Below are positions 25,573-39,800 of a stretch of DNA of 64,000 bases, piece after piece. The position numbers were made by a program, and so were the translations under genes. The notes below the pieces were generated by a model. It did not search any database. It saw only the letters and a program-made list of their open reading frames with translations, and was not told the DNA's origin. Within the stretch, counting starts at the first letter, position 1. Every line of letters begins with the position of its first letter. This DNA is from Balanoglossus misakiensis (Eukaryota; Animalia; Hemichordata), in assembly GCA_040954595.2 (NCBI GenBank), contig CM082584.2, forward strand, positions 11,312,552-11,376,551, given 5' to 3'.

Positions 25573-28240
25573 AAAATGGACGGAGATGCCAGTTTTATCC
25601 GAGCTACAGTTCTGATTATTCAAATATTTTTGTTTTACAAAAGTTGCAGCTGCATATTATTTATATAAGCAACTCTCCTCGAATAACCTGTGACATTGAG
25701 AACTGACTGTGTATTGATGTAACTCACACCAGTCAGTCAGACGCATTCAGTGGCTCTCATGGACGATGAAACTGGACTTCACAATCTGGTGTTTTATTTG
25801 CCATTCAAGGAAAAGGAGAAAACAACCAAGGACGTGACAAAAGGATTTATTGTGGCTGAAGTCTACTTCAGCAATCCAGACTAATATACAGGTTATTACT
25901 GACACTTCAGCTGAAGAGTAACATCCACAGAAACTGAGAAAAAATGCGCTATGAGAGATAATATTCCACACACAATCCTGACTTGCCAGTCACAACTGTG
26001 CTGATTGGAAGCACTGGAACATCCTATTGGTCACAAACCAATAGGAACACAGAATATAGTGGAACACAATGAATATGCATGAGTGGTTTATCCAAGTGAC
26101 TTACAACTCACTTATACACCCTGGTCTATTTTGTGGTTATTTCTTCTCGTCAGCAGGGCTTTCACGCAATCTGTTCTACTGACCGGCATATAGACTCCCA
26201 AATCAGTCACAGGCACAGAAAAATGTACACTGACTGTATATATGAATGTAAACCAGTTTTTCTGTGCTGTTTAAAAGAAAGAGAGAAAGATGCTGGCCGT
26301 TGGGAAATATTTAATGCATTAAAAGGATGCAGAAAGCGATCTCTGGTCCAATTTATCTGTACCCGTGTCGTATGTGGTACTGGGTTAGTATCGCTGTACA
26401 AAATTTATGTAAATGACGTACATGTAGCGCGCACTCTGGTTGTACAACTGTTCATGTAAGAATGACAGTGAAGTCCAATTCCTACCCCATAACTTCTAAT
26501 TTACATATGAATATTTATGTTTACAAGGAACATGTGTGTAAAAGTGTTCTCGTGATCATGTGGTGGCGCTCTTGTTTATGGTGTGGCCACTGATGGTATT
26601 TGTGGCTGGGTTTAGACGTGTCCCTTTAATCATAAGGAGAAGATACCACTAGTAGTTTAGAGAAATGTAAAAATCCAGTCACACACCCCCTACACCTTTA
26701 TAGTTTGGTCCAGTCCCGACTTCTACACAGAAAAACAGGGGATGACAGGATCAATAGTGTATTATGTAAATTATTATTTCCAGATAGGACCCTAAACAAA
26801 CAAAAATAATATACTGTTCCATATTTGATGCAAGGTCTGTGATGTACTTCCGACCGAAATATATTTTCAAATGTTAATCTTGGCCCAAAATGAAACTCAG
26901 CAGTAGTATTAAAGTGACAATTAATCAAGGTGATATTTATATTTTACAGGGGGCATTAAAATTATTTTTTTAAAAAGAGCAGAGGAAAAGAAAGGTATTC
27001 ACATTACATTATTCACACTGCCTATAAGAATTTCAGAAGAAGAAAAAATTCTCGAAAGTATATATTTTTTTGAAAATTCTAATGCTTGAATACTACCTCC
27101 ATATATGACATCAGTATTTCATTTTAGTCAAGGTAGATTTTGTTTCATGGCCATTCATCCCGTCAATCAGAAGATTTAAAGAATATTTATTGATTTTGGA
27201 AAAAAAGGAACAAAGTATTACATTAATACTAACTTTGGTATGAACTTGTGTAGTGTCGTAAAATTAGAAGAAAAAAAGGTACTGCTCAAAGCATGTTATA
27301 TATTGCAGGCTTGTCCGCGTTTTACAAGGGCTCGTTCGTTTGTGACCATTATTATGTCAGCACTGAGTTGAGTGAAAGCTACCGTACGCTAGTAATCTGT
27401 GCTCTTGTAATGTAGACAGTTGTATTTAAAATAAAAAAATTGTTTTAAAAATTAAAATTTAAAACACAAGGGTTAAATACAAAAATTGTGTTCTCAAGTC
27501 TTATATGAAGTGGACGGCGATACACTGAAATATGGAATCAAATTATGGATGTATATAAAACAAATTAGGCAAGGACCTGAAATAAATTGCCAGCATGTCA
27601 CGTGGTGTAATTGTTCTTCACCTGATTTCCAGGCATTTCTATTTGTATGCAATCATCAACGATGACAATTCCTTTCCTCTAATGTATAGTGTGTATCCCA
27701 TTTGTGTATGAAGGTTACCGTTCGCTTATTCTGTACTTTGAGAAATCTGAAGTATATCGGTGCTAAAAAATGTGTCCCTGGATGAAAAAAGAAAACTTGC
27801 TTGTGCCGTTAATATTATTATGTACCGGGTAGTTTATGTCTCCCGAGATACTGGGGACGGAAACCCATGCAGATTTTCTTTAATTCTCTTCCACAGATGT
27901 GGATGTTTTTCATCGTCGTGGCCGTTGCCATGACAATTTGAAGCTACAAGTTCCATAAATGTGTGTAGAACAATAGTGTTGCTTGTTCTGCACCTGTATT
28001 ATACATTGCCAAGAAAGTAGAGAGAGAGAAAAAAAACACTCTCTACACAAATATAATATGGTCCTGAAGTAAAGTTTGTATTATATGTAAAATTTTTAAA
28101 AAGTATATATATCAAATTGGCATGGTTACGTAATTTTATGCATTCAGATAAATGTATGGAGTTGGCTGTCAAATTCTGTGACAAATAAAAATATAAATAC
28201 CGTGAATTGTTTGTGTGTTTGTCGATATGTAATATGTAAA

Positions 28241-28343
28241 GGATAATGTATGTGTGGAGTGCAATCATTCAGATATTGATGACAGAAAGACCTCAGAGTG
28301 GAGTTCAATATCTGAATGATCGCAGAACAGGAATACATTATCC
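28241..28343. repeat. Inverted repeat, 39-bp imperfect arms with 25-nt loop
   Basis: GGATAATGTAT...TGCAATCATTCAGATATTGA / TCAATATCTGAATGATCGCA...ATACATTATCC. Confidence 0.8.
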
Positions 28344-30836
28344 AGCTTACAACATCTGTGATCATAGTATGCTAAGCAACTTCTCAATTACATCAACCAA
28401 TCACAAGCCTCACAAAGCGCACCTGGTGAATGACACATTTCGATTGGATGATTTTCGGCCAGTTCATTTGCCAGATGGTCAGTGAGGTGCCGATTCCATC
28501 ATTCGAAACTCAGTCTTTGACGTACAAACATCATGGCAGAAATTTGTGACATCAACGACCTGTTCATTACCTGGAACAATTTCCGACAACCATGTGAAAG
28601 TGAAGGTCATGACTGTGATGATATGGACTGGATTTTCCAAGAGTGGTAGCCTCATTGAAGGTAATGTACACAAACCATCAGTCATAATAAGTGACTTGAC
28701 GAAAATTTGAGTGCCTTTACTCCTGGCTTGCAGCCCCCATTGCCCATATCATCTAATATTGTAAGTAGCAGTTTTCTGTCATTTTTCCTCAAAACATGTA
28801 AATGGTTATTCTATTGATTAGGAATTTTCAATTGTACGTCAGCAAGGTCCTTCAAGGATGTTCTGGTACGTCAAAAAAGGGGGAACTTTCAGGCGAAATT
28901 GTGTGCAAGGTAGAAATGAAACCCAAACCAAAGGTTTGACTTTTCGGTGGAAATGTGATCATGAGACAGAATTTCTATTTATGTCTTTGAAATTTTCCCC
29001 CAAACGGTTTGTGTCACCAATGTATATGACCAATATGTGTGAATGCACTAAACTGTTCAGAAATGATAACTTCACAAGGTAGTACTAGTAGTCCTAGGTA
29101 TATTTATTTAATGAAACAACCCTAATAATACAATATTGGTATACAGTCCAGGGAACGGAACACTAACAAAAAAATTGACAATACTATATTCACAAGCAGA
29201 ATTCAAAACCAATCCCTGGATTGGCTGACAAACACAATGCTCTTATTCGGCAATCCAATCAAAAACTTGCTCAGGTCTTGCTCAAAACAAACAACTGACA
29301 AAGGTATTAGCCAATGGCACAAAGATGAAAATGGGTGCAAAACATCAGCCAACAGCAATGTCGGTAACATACAAAATTCAGAAAAAAATAACTTGCACAT
29401 TGTTGCAAATATGTGTCGCAATTTTGTTGTCAAGTACTCTTGTATTGAAATCCATAAAATTAATCTTATGGTTAAACACAAACTAGTTCAACATGAGAGT
29501 CACTTCTTATCTGCTATGCTTCTGCTTGGCTCAACTAGTGAAGATCAGACCCGCTTGGGTCTGTTACTATCCAGCACAGATGCCGGATATTCTAACATGT
29601 GATACCTGCATCAATTGCAATGTAAATCAGGATATTATTGCTTTCGTTAATCAAATTAATTACAGCAACCATACATTTGATATTCAAAGTTACGCCAATA
29701 CTCACTGAAGTCACATAATAAAGTTTTTTTTTATTTCAACTACGGTAAATATACACCTTGGTTTCCAAGAACTGTTTTGTGCGCAACTATTCACTGGCCA
29801 ACAACATTCAGAAAATTCATAACAAAAACAAATCAACGATCAAATAAAAACTGCATAAAATTAAACCTGTTATTATTTGGAAAGTCAAGCAATGCAACGA
29901 TTACTGATCAAACTCTGGAGGTCAGAGGTCATTTGGCCTTATCAAAAACAGAAATTAATATTCATGATTCGTAATCGTAATGGTTTAGGACTAAAATCTC
30001 AGTAGCTGCACTCAATCGAGTAGAGCATAAACAAGAGAGCACCCCCACAAGCAACAAAACTTGTACCTCCTGACCCTACCTTTTAAAACTTGAAAACACT
30101 CCCACCCACATCCACAGCCGTGCAAATTATTATTATGATAATGAAACATTCCATTATATTTTTATGTAAATTACCAAAAAGCCAGACATATATTACTATC
30201 TTAAATACAACCTACATGCTAATATTTAATACAATTCTATACTTTGAACACGTCTATTACTTTTAAAAAAAAAACTCCACAGAAAGTTGAACATTATCTA
30301 AATAGTTATTGTTTATTATGAAGCTTTACTCTGAACTTTATACAAATAAATTACAGCAAAGAAGGGGAGGCAAATTATTTCAAGGTTTTTTATCCAATAG
30401 GAATTGATGTTACAGTATTAAAAAACTACATGGATTTCTTATACTGGCCAATTACAATCAATATATCACATAGGTGATAGTAATGATTTTTGTACTCTTT
30501 GGGGAAATCATCCATTTGCATGACCCCTGCGTGACCTATTTTTGTTGGCATGACGACCCTGCATGACCTTTACGTACATCCTGGCATTTACGCTAACATT
30601 GCTCACACACCACTGCAAGGAAACTGAGTACCAATGAAAGACATTTTGTTTTTCGAAATTCACAAGATGTGCCTGAAATGTAACTGCATACATAGCTGTT
30701 TAATTCGCCTTTGCCATGCTTTACGATTGCAACATATCCTTGCAAATAAATATGACTGAACCTCTGCGCCGAGAAGCTTGAAGCAAAAATGGCGCATTTC
30801 AAAGTCACATGAAACATTATTGGTGATATATCATGA

Positions 30837-33800
30837 TCAAGCATTCTCATCCTTTTCGTCAACTAACTGGTCCAGGTCGTACAATGCATCCATTATACAA
30901 GACAAGGACCACGCTTGTGTCGGACAGCTATCCCGGCAATCGCTGCCGTTGCTGTTGGTCAGTTCCGGCAGGCTGCGCCAGGGAGATCTGTCCATTTCCA
31001 AGTGGTGACGCGACAATGTGTGCTGGATGAAGCGAATGGTGTCCGGCAGCAGATCCGGACGGTCTGTCTGCACGCTGGCAAAGTGCAGCTTGGCACGCAG
31101 GAAGAAGCCCATGAGCCAAACCCATTCCTGAAATGGAACACAGAAATCATTGGTAACCTCAAGTCCCCCTTTACCTCCCTTTCTCTCTCCAATCTTTTCC
31201 TATCCATATCATTGCTTTCTGTGGTAAAAGTTGGACCTCTCTATAGAGGGATATGGGGGTGAAAGGGTTAAAGATTGAAGACTTACCGGTCCTTGATGAT
31301 AGTTGAAACCCTTGGCCCTCTTTCCATCAGAACCATCGTATGAATTGTCATAATCGCCATGGTATACCCAATCACTGTGGGAATGAAAAAAAAAAACAGA
31401 AAGGAAAAGTTACCATGTGTCATTGGGTCAGCTCAGGAAGAAAAATTTTGAGACAAGGGAGAGGCTTTGATGCGTTGTAGAGTCACAGCACATTTTCAAT
31501 ACACTGGAGCAGTGTCAAGCAGAAATGTGAGGATTACAAGTTGAGTGAAGAAATGATGATCAACATACTCGGGGTCAAGGGTCTTGATACCCACAGGTCC
31601 AAGCAGATGTTTCTCCACAGTTCCAAGCGCAGTCCACGCGTTTGCAGGTGTAAACAGCTCAGGCGCCTGAAATGATCAACATTGACATAGTAATTACAAT
31701 GTGACAGAATTATCCCATTTTCTGGTGTTTGTGGAAAAATCTCAGATGGGTGAAATGTAATGCTACAGTGACCACGGCACCTATCTGAGAAATATTTTAA
31801 ATCCAACAACAGAAGGTTACATGCACTTCTATTCTAACCCCTTTACTTACCACAACCATAGCGATGGGAAAATTTGGCCTGAGTTGGTAATCGGCCCAGA
31901 ACTGAGTGGCCCCAACACTGTCCTTGTAGATGCCACGTTTGTTGATGAGCTTGTTAGCGGTTTTGTCGGCATCAGGGGCGATCCAGAAATTCTTCTCAAA
32001 GTTCTCTTGAATGAGAGTGTTCCATTCTTCGTACGTCACTTTCACTGGTTTTCCTGGAATACCGGTAGACGGAAAATATGGATCAGTTTCAATCAAAGTT
32101 ATCAAAAGGCAGCAAAAATACTTGTGAATTCGAAATGACTTTCGATACTGATGGGTAAAGACCATGAAATTACCATTGGTGTATCTTGCCACGCTGTCGT
32201 ACGGGTAGAGACCCTCCTTGTAGAGTTGTAGCAACCACCGCACAGCCGACTTGCACAGAGCAACAAGCTCGACCGCAGAACCATCCCTGTTGTGGACAGA
32301 AGAAAGCAGGGAATGTTGGCAATGGGCACAGAGTTTATTCATGTCAGTGGCTCCTCAGAGCCACGCAAACTACAGAACTCTATCGACTTGCGCCAACCCT
32401 TTTTGAGAAATGCATGAGATCATACGATACCTGGGTGTGGCCGGTTTGCCTCTGTTACCAGCCATATCCGATTCGCCCATCTTATCCATCCAAGTTCCGC
32501 AGTTGTGTTCACTGCCACCAAAGATGAAACCGGTGTCTGGGTCCACTCCAGCCTTGACTTGAAATCCTGAATCAAGACAACATCATGATTTGTAATCCAT
32601 ATGCAGAGAAATTGCCATTTTATTGGTACAATCTGACTTGTACTTTGTTGATTAAGTGAAGATCTAACTCTCACCCCCAGTTCCCTCTATAGGGGCTCAA
32701 CTTTACCATGGGAAACAATGGATTTGGACCAAACCATGGTGCTGAAAGGATTAAATAGACTTGAATGAGAGCTGACCTTGGTCTAACATGTTTCTGTCAA
32801 GACCATGTCCAGCGTGCCTCTCTCTGAAATCGATCCCTTGCATGTGTCTCTGCATCACGTCTTGAATCACCTCCACTAACGGTTGGTCCTGCAAAATAAA
32901 ATAAAACCAAATACATCTAGTTTCATACATCAGTATACAGCCCTTAAGTTTTATGGGGAAGTTCAATTATTCAACTGACAATGAGTCAAAAGTGGTGTTA
33001 ATCACAGCTGATGAGCTAGAAGTCTTGACAGGGATGCCAATTTTCATTCTGACAGACAGGCTTGAATTTCTACTTTCACTGATTACCATACACTACCTCG
33101 ATATGAATCAGACAACATTGACACACTCGAATCAGGCCAACAACATACCACAAAACCAGCCGGCTGGGGTTCCGAATCATCATCCGGGAATATCCGTGAC
33201 ACCTGCATCGTCAGTATGGAAGTACCCTCCGGAGCCATGCTGCAGTAGTCTTGGATGCATTGCAGCCAGAACCAGGTGGCATCTCGGGCGTTGAAGCGAG
33301 CGTGGGCGCCGCCTCCAAGCAGGTTGGGAACCAAACCGTGGCGCACAGCACCGGCAAAAGCCAGGATCAAATTCCTGCAGAGGAAAATGTTCATTTTTGT
33401 AGGAGTCGACTTTGTAAAAAAAGATACCCAGAAATTAAGGAAACAAAAAAGCATACAAAGTGTGAGCGATAACTGCGACCAGGGTTGACTGGACATGACT
33501 TAATTTTTTTTGTACCTTGCTTCTTCATATCTTCCGGTGACCAACAACAATCCCCTAAGTGCAATGAAAGTGTCCCTGCCCCAGCACCTCATCACCCCTG
33601 TGGCAAAGTGTGGCAGTCCAGCTGCCATGGAGACGATGCACTGTTCCTTTCTGCCGGTAGATTCATTGACTGTCATGGGTAGGTTCTTGAAGGTGGGCGA
33701 GAGTTGGGGCATCCGAGAGGTTTTCACTGTACCACAAAGCTGAACAGATCCGAGGGCCAGTGCACGCACAAACGATGAACCTTCTGACACAAAGCTGTGT

Positions 33801-36800
33801 AAATTAGACAGACAGAGACTATTATTAGGAGGGTTGCAAGTTATGTAGCAATATTTGAAAATTAGACAACATGCATTCCATGGACCAACTTGTTCCACCC
33901 TTCATGAGTCACGTGACTTGCCACTGACCAATCACACGCAAGAACAGAAGACACCTGCTTTAAGCATTAATTAAGCGACTGACCTTGACATTTGCTTCCA
34001 TGCACACTCCAGCAGAATGGTGTAAGCGCCGACCATGATGGCGTCAAAGTAACAGGGTATCAAGTATCTCGGGATCTTGCTCAGAGACAGGAAAACCGTC
34101 TCGAACCATTTGCCAAGCTAAACAGAAAGTCAAGCATACAAATTAGTAAAAAAAATCAAGGGTTATTTGAACAACCTGTATACATCTTTCAAGCAAAGTA
34201 ATGAGGAATTAAATCTGAAGCAATGGACTTACATCTTTTGTACCCTTGCAAAACATGAGTCTCTTGGCAATGTAGCCAGGGAACCAATCGCCCTGTCGCA
34301 GATTCTCGCACAGCGGGTGACCCAGGTCGTTGCTAGGTCGGATCTTGGCCAGCACAGACATCAACCCTACCAAGACAGAGAAAATAAAGATATGGTTAAT
34401 TCACTTCAGAATCATGGCGACAATCGCAGTAAACCATCACAATATTACACGCAACATTATAAGCCAGAAGTTTGAACAGATTCCACAGCTGAAAATCCCA
34501 ATCATCAAACTTCCAATCACCAGCAACTTACCTTGCAGACCGCAGTAAACCAGATGTCCATGATCCGGTATGTGATAGGCGCCGAATCCATGGCCGTCGT
34601 CCCGCTCCTCCGCGTCACAGCGGTACAGCACGCGGTTGAGATGGCTCAGCGTCAGCTTGGCGGCGATGCTCTGGAAATCCATGCTCCGGTTTTGCCGCAG
34701 TGTTCCGCTCATGGATCGCATACGGAAGCCGAACTGATTGATGCAGGAACGCGTGAAGGACACTGCTGTCCGGGCGCTGGGACTCAGGGAGACTCTGTTG
34801 AGAATGTCACTCGTGTAAATCAATTGTAACAAATCACAAATGTAACAATTTGCATCAAATTACTCTTTCTGTTTACAATCCCCCCCACCAATAATATCCA
34901 CTTCTCTCATGTACCTAAAGGATAATCCCTACCTGAAAGCGATGACACTTCCTGGTGGGAAGTTGATGAAATCCACCTCCTGCACGGGTGAGTTGATGTC
35001 ACCATCGTCCGAGAGTTCGCACACGCTGCTGCCGTACAACTGTATATGTTCCTGCAGTTCCAGTTTGTAGTTGCAGAGTCCGTTGATGTGACTTTTGGAC
35101 TTGGCATACTGCGAGTTGTTCTTGTGGACGAGTCTGGCTTCCAGGATAATCTCCTCCAGGTGACCTGCAGCGATAAGAAACATTGGCAGGAATTCCAAAT
35201 GAACCACCTCACCACCAAACTTTGGATCAACCACAGTCCTATTGAAACAGACTTGTATATGTCACCATTTGCATTATGGGAGAATTACGTGTCGTGTTTC
35301 TGAACAAGATCAAACTGGTTCAAACTGGTGTGGTTACCTGGGATACAGAGAGGTGGTACATGCCCAGTGTAGTTTGGATTGGTCGGATGAGAGAACGCTG
35401 TCCTGGCAACCAGAATGACTGACTGGTGAGTGACTGGACAATGCCGAGTGATCGCAACGATATCCTGATCAACTTGATCAACATACACCTGTCAACACAA
35501 AGCAAGACAGCAAGAGCGTGAATGTATCATTCTGCCATAAATGTCTGAATTTGTTCCTTAAGAAACTCACTTGGACTGATTTTAGACATACTCCTGTTTT
35601 GTGTGTGAGGCTCATTACCTGGTTGAATTCAGCTGCTCCAAGGCTTTGATGAAGGTAGTTCAGAGCTCTCTTGCCGGCAATGATGCCGGAACTCAGACTG
35701 ACTTCTTCTACAGACCCCTTTGATGCCTCTTCATTCCACAATGGGTAGCTTCTCGTCTCTGTGACCACATCAATCTGGTAATTGAACAAAACACTGATTT
35801 TGTAGGGTATAACAGTAAAATTATTTTATGGCCCAGAAAAAATAGCAGATGACAACATGCCTATTGATGCCATCAAACCAATAGCTGTGGCTGAAAGCAA
35901 ACAGTACAATGTAGTTCTTTCAGGCTTGAAATTAACTTCCGCATCAGATTTCATCAACAATTCTAGACGTCACTGGAAAAACCAACTTCGGCAACATGAA
36001 ACGGCAGACCAACAGCTATTCATGGTCTTCAATGGTAGATAACTGTATTAATGTGCCAATTTAGCGTGGCAAAAAAAATCTCCCTTTTACACAAGAAGAT
36101 TAACCTTTAGATTCTGTGGGGGGTCTATACAAGCTAGCCAAATCAGCCTCATAATCGACTATTCACAACTTACCTGATGGGGAACCAGCTCGTCGTAACC
36201 ACGGCTACTGCCAGTAGCACAGCATGCCATGGCAACAATAGCAGCACTCGGCAAGAGATCATAAACAGACCGAATCTGCTCACAAAGATGATGAAAAGGG
36301 AAAAAAGATAAGAATACCGAGAAACCACCGGTGGCCAACTTTAATGTGTTTCTTTAAAATCAGACGTGTCCAGCTATTGATTAATATCTGCACTGCTTAT
36401 ACAGTGTTCTAGAGTTACACTCGGTTTGCAATATTACTTGTACTTGGTACAAATTCATCAAGTTATTGAATTTCCCATTTAAACTAATATGTCTAATATT
36501 ACATGGACTATTATTACTAATTACACATTTTTTTGTGCGTCTGAATCTAGTACTTGTTGCTAACAAAACTGTTTTTTTTGAAATTCAACACCAGAGAGAT
36601 AAACAGCAACGACTGCTCAGACTTACTTCTACCGGGCACTTATTGTCGTGTGTCTGGTCCATGAATAACGCATGTGCCATTGTGGGAACTAACGGTCTGA
36701 TCTGCGGCTGCAGGAATGACCCCACGGGCTCTCCTCCGTAACGGAAAACCAGACGCCCTTCCTCGTGTGAATCCCAAGCATTGAGAGCCTCTGGAAATGA

Positions 36801-39800
36801 CGAAACAGAACCGCAAACCCATTAGACAATCTTTCAGTGAATTACAGTTCATCAGTTACATACATGTACAATACTCTTGCACATCATCAAATTAAATTGA
36901 TTCTGTCAATAGCTTCTGCAAGACTTCTCTCTGTTCACAGGTTCAGAGATTACGAGTCACAAACAAAACTGTGACACTTAACACACAACTTGCAAGGGGC
37001 AGCTCATTTACCTCGTATGAGTGAGTTGATTCCCAGCCTGTTGACAAAGATGTTATCAACATGCTCCGACTGGGTGAATAGTTCGGCAATCACGTACAAG
37101 TCATGGTTGACTTTGCGAGCTTCATCCAGCATGTACTGCAAGAGAAAATCAAGTCAAGTTCAAGATTTCACCCCTATAGTCTCAACCTCTCTATTGAAAA
37201 TGATTGGATTATACCAATGTGTGATGGTGAATGGGTTAAAACAGGGTCATTACTCTGTTCCCGAGGTGGATTAACTGATGAATATCAGGTATTTATCACG
37301 TCCGAATATCACATTACCTCAGCCACGTGAATCGGTGTGCTGTGACAGTTATCAATTCGGATACCGTGGAAAAGACTGGCAGTTTCTCGGGTGTACTTAA
37401 GCATGTGCTCCCAGAGGAAAGGACAGTCCTGCGGGCTGTTCCCGTATCGCAGCTTGATGCTGTCCCCCCAGGGGATCAGCTCTCTCCTGAGGTACACTTT
37501 GGAGCCAGGCTCGGCAAAGTTCCTGAGGGGGTCGTCTCCCATCACCCAGCCGTTGTGGGCCCAGATGGATTCGGCCACTCTTTCGTCGGAGTTCGTGGTG
37601 GCCTCCTCCTGCGAGACATCTGTTCTGGTTTTCGATTTGGTGTCCGTTTCCTTCTCCCCGGGATGACTGAAATATCTGAAAACGAGAGCAAGATGCAATT
37701 GGCGGTGACGACTTACAGAGAGATTTGAAGATGAGCAAACACAAAACAATGGTGACAAAAAGAGAAAGTTGGGCCTAATCACACTTCCCCCTCACCTGGG
37801 TACCACAGGATGCTTGATGCTGACCGTGCCCAGTTGAGGTCCGTGGGGCTGCGTAAAGTGGTAGCTGAGGTTGCAGATGACGTTGTCGACTGCCTTCACG
37901 ACATCGTCCCTCATCTCGTTGTCGGCTTGCGAGTTGAGCCCGTGCAGGTGGTTTCTGAAGGAGGCGCAGCAAAGGTCGATGCGCTCTTCCTCTGTGTCTG
38001 CTTCGGGCCTTTAGAAAGAAAGAAAAGTTATAAGTTATAAGTCTATGAATAATCCCAGCATGATTATACATGGTACACACAAAAAAAATGATAAAATTTC
38101 AAAACATCTATTTAATATTGGCAAAACTCTGACATACTGCAAATGTAAATAAGTACCTTTTGACATTAAACACTGCCAGTGCCTTGTCCATATCAACTGT
38201 TGACTCCAGGCGTTGATATTTCCGATCCTGAATCAGCTCAACTTCATCCTTGCTGGGTTCATCCCCGGGGGCCGTAGCTATGGTAACAAGAGCACACCGC
38301 AGATTTGGTGACTTATTTCATTATTCTCCACTGCGGTCTGTCCGCATTATCTTGTCAAAAACATGTGCTCGGATAAAAACCGACAGAGCCTGCCAAGGAC
38401 ATGCCTGCCGACTTTCATTAGACTGGAGGCAACTCATTGATAAACAGACACTTCCAAATGTACATTAATTACTGTGCTCTGGAAATGGACAAAAACGCGA
38501 GCACGAAAGGAAATTCACATTATATGAAACGGACAACCCAACTTTTGTTTTTACCTGATGCTAGTTGCTGGAATTGTTGTACTTGTTTGTCCACATTGGT
38601 CTGCAAGAATTCAGACAATTTGTACTTTGGCAAGATGTCGTGGAGTAGTACGGACCTTATTATCTGCAAGAGGGGAAAAAACACAAGAACAATTAAGGAA
38701 AATGTTGAACAGTTTGTGGAAAGAATCAGTCTGAGTAAAACATGAGTGAACTTAGCATTAATCGGTCTAAGATTCAAACAAAACAAAAATATACCCGCAT
38801 CGCTTTATGCACTTACTTGCAAATGGTTATCGTTATTGATCTCTTTGGAGATTCCCTTGTGTTCCCACTTGCCATCAATCAGATCCAGGGTGAAATGCCA
38901 CAGCACTCTGTCCAGCACGTACGCCGGTCGGAGATGCGGAGAGTTGACCAGGTTGTAGGCACACTCCGGGTGTTCCTTCACCCAGGGGCTGTCGTAGGAA
39001 GTGTGGTTCCACACCACGTCGGTGATGCTCACCATTCCCCATTCCTTGTTGAGTTTCTGCACGAGGCGGCCCACCTGCTCGTTGCTCGGCTTCTGGCCGT
39101 CGTACTGGAAGCCGGGGTTGAACGCGTGCTGGTCCCTCAGCGAGTAGGAGGAGTTGGAGCCGCCCAGCTCCTGCAGGGGCGTGAAGTGCAAGCCGTTGTA
39201 GCCGGACTCCTTGGCCACCTGGATGCATTTCTCCCAGCGGTTGAACTGGCCCAGACTCTTGGCCAGCACTGTCTGCACGCAGAGGCAGTCTAGCGGCAGG
39301 GGCTCGTCATCGCCGATCTTCAGAGTGGGATCCACGACAAAGTAGCCAGACCCTTGTTTTTTTTGCCTGCAAGCCAATTGTCACAGGGAAATGACTGATA
39401 TTAAGCAAGAAATTTGATGACAGTACACAGCAATATATTGCTTACTTTCAAGTCAGCTAGTTGCTTGGAAACCAATTTATTTCATAGTAAGAAAATGGCT
39501 AACATCTCAATTAACTTTGGCATATTTCTGGTCAATTATTGGTATTCAAAATAACTAATCCGCAAAATTAAGACAAGAATTGGAAATAATTCTCCTCAAG
39601 CTTCTAGATATTTGCAAAGCTCACCAGTCACTGAAAGTGAAGAAATACTGGAAGGAACCAGCACGGTGTAGGAGGACTTCACAATAGCTGTCCGACTGGT
39701 CACATTTTGTCTTGCTGTATGAATGCCATGGCAACTCATAGTATTCTCCTCTGTCGAATTGTTTCTCTGTAGTTGGTGGATGGTTGCAGAACACTCGCAC

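Noticed and set aside
38817-39366. Markedly GC-rich AGL exons (also ~37318-38008) suggesting foreign origin
   Set aside because: They splice in frame with AT-richer exons of the same animal-type gene; local composition variation is a sufficient explanation.
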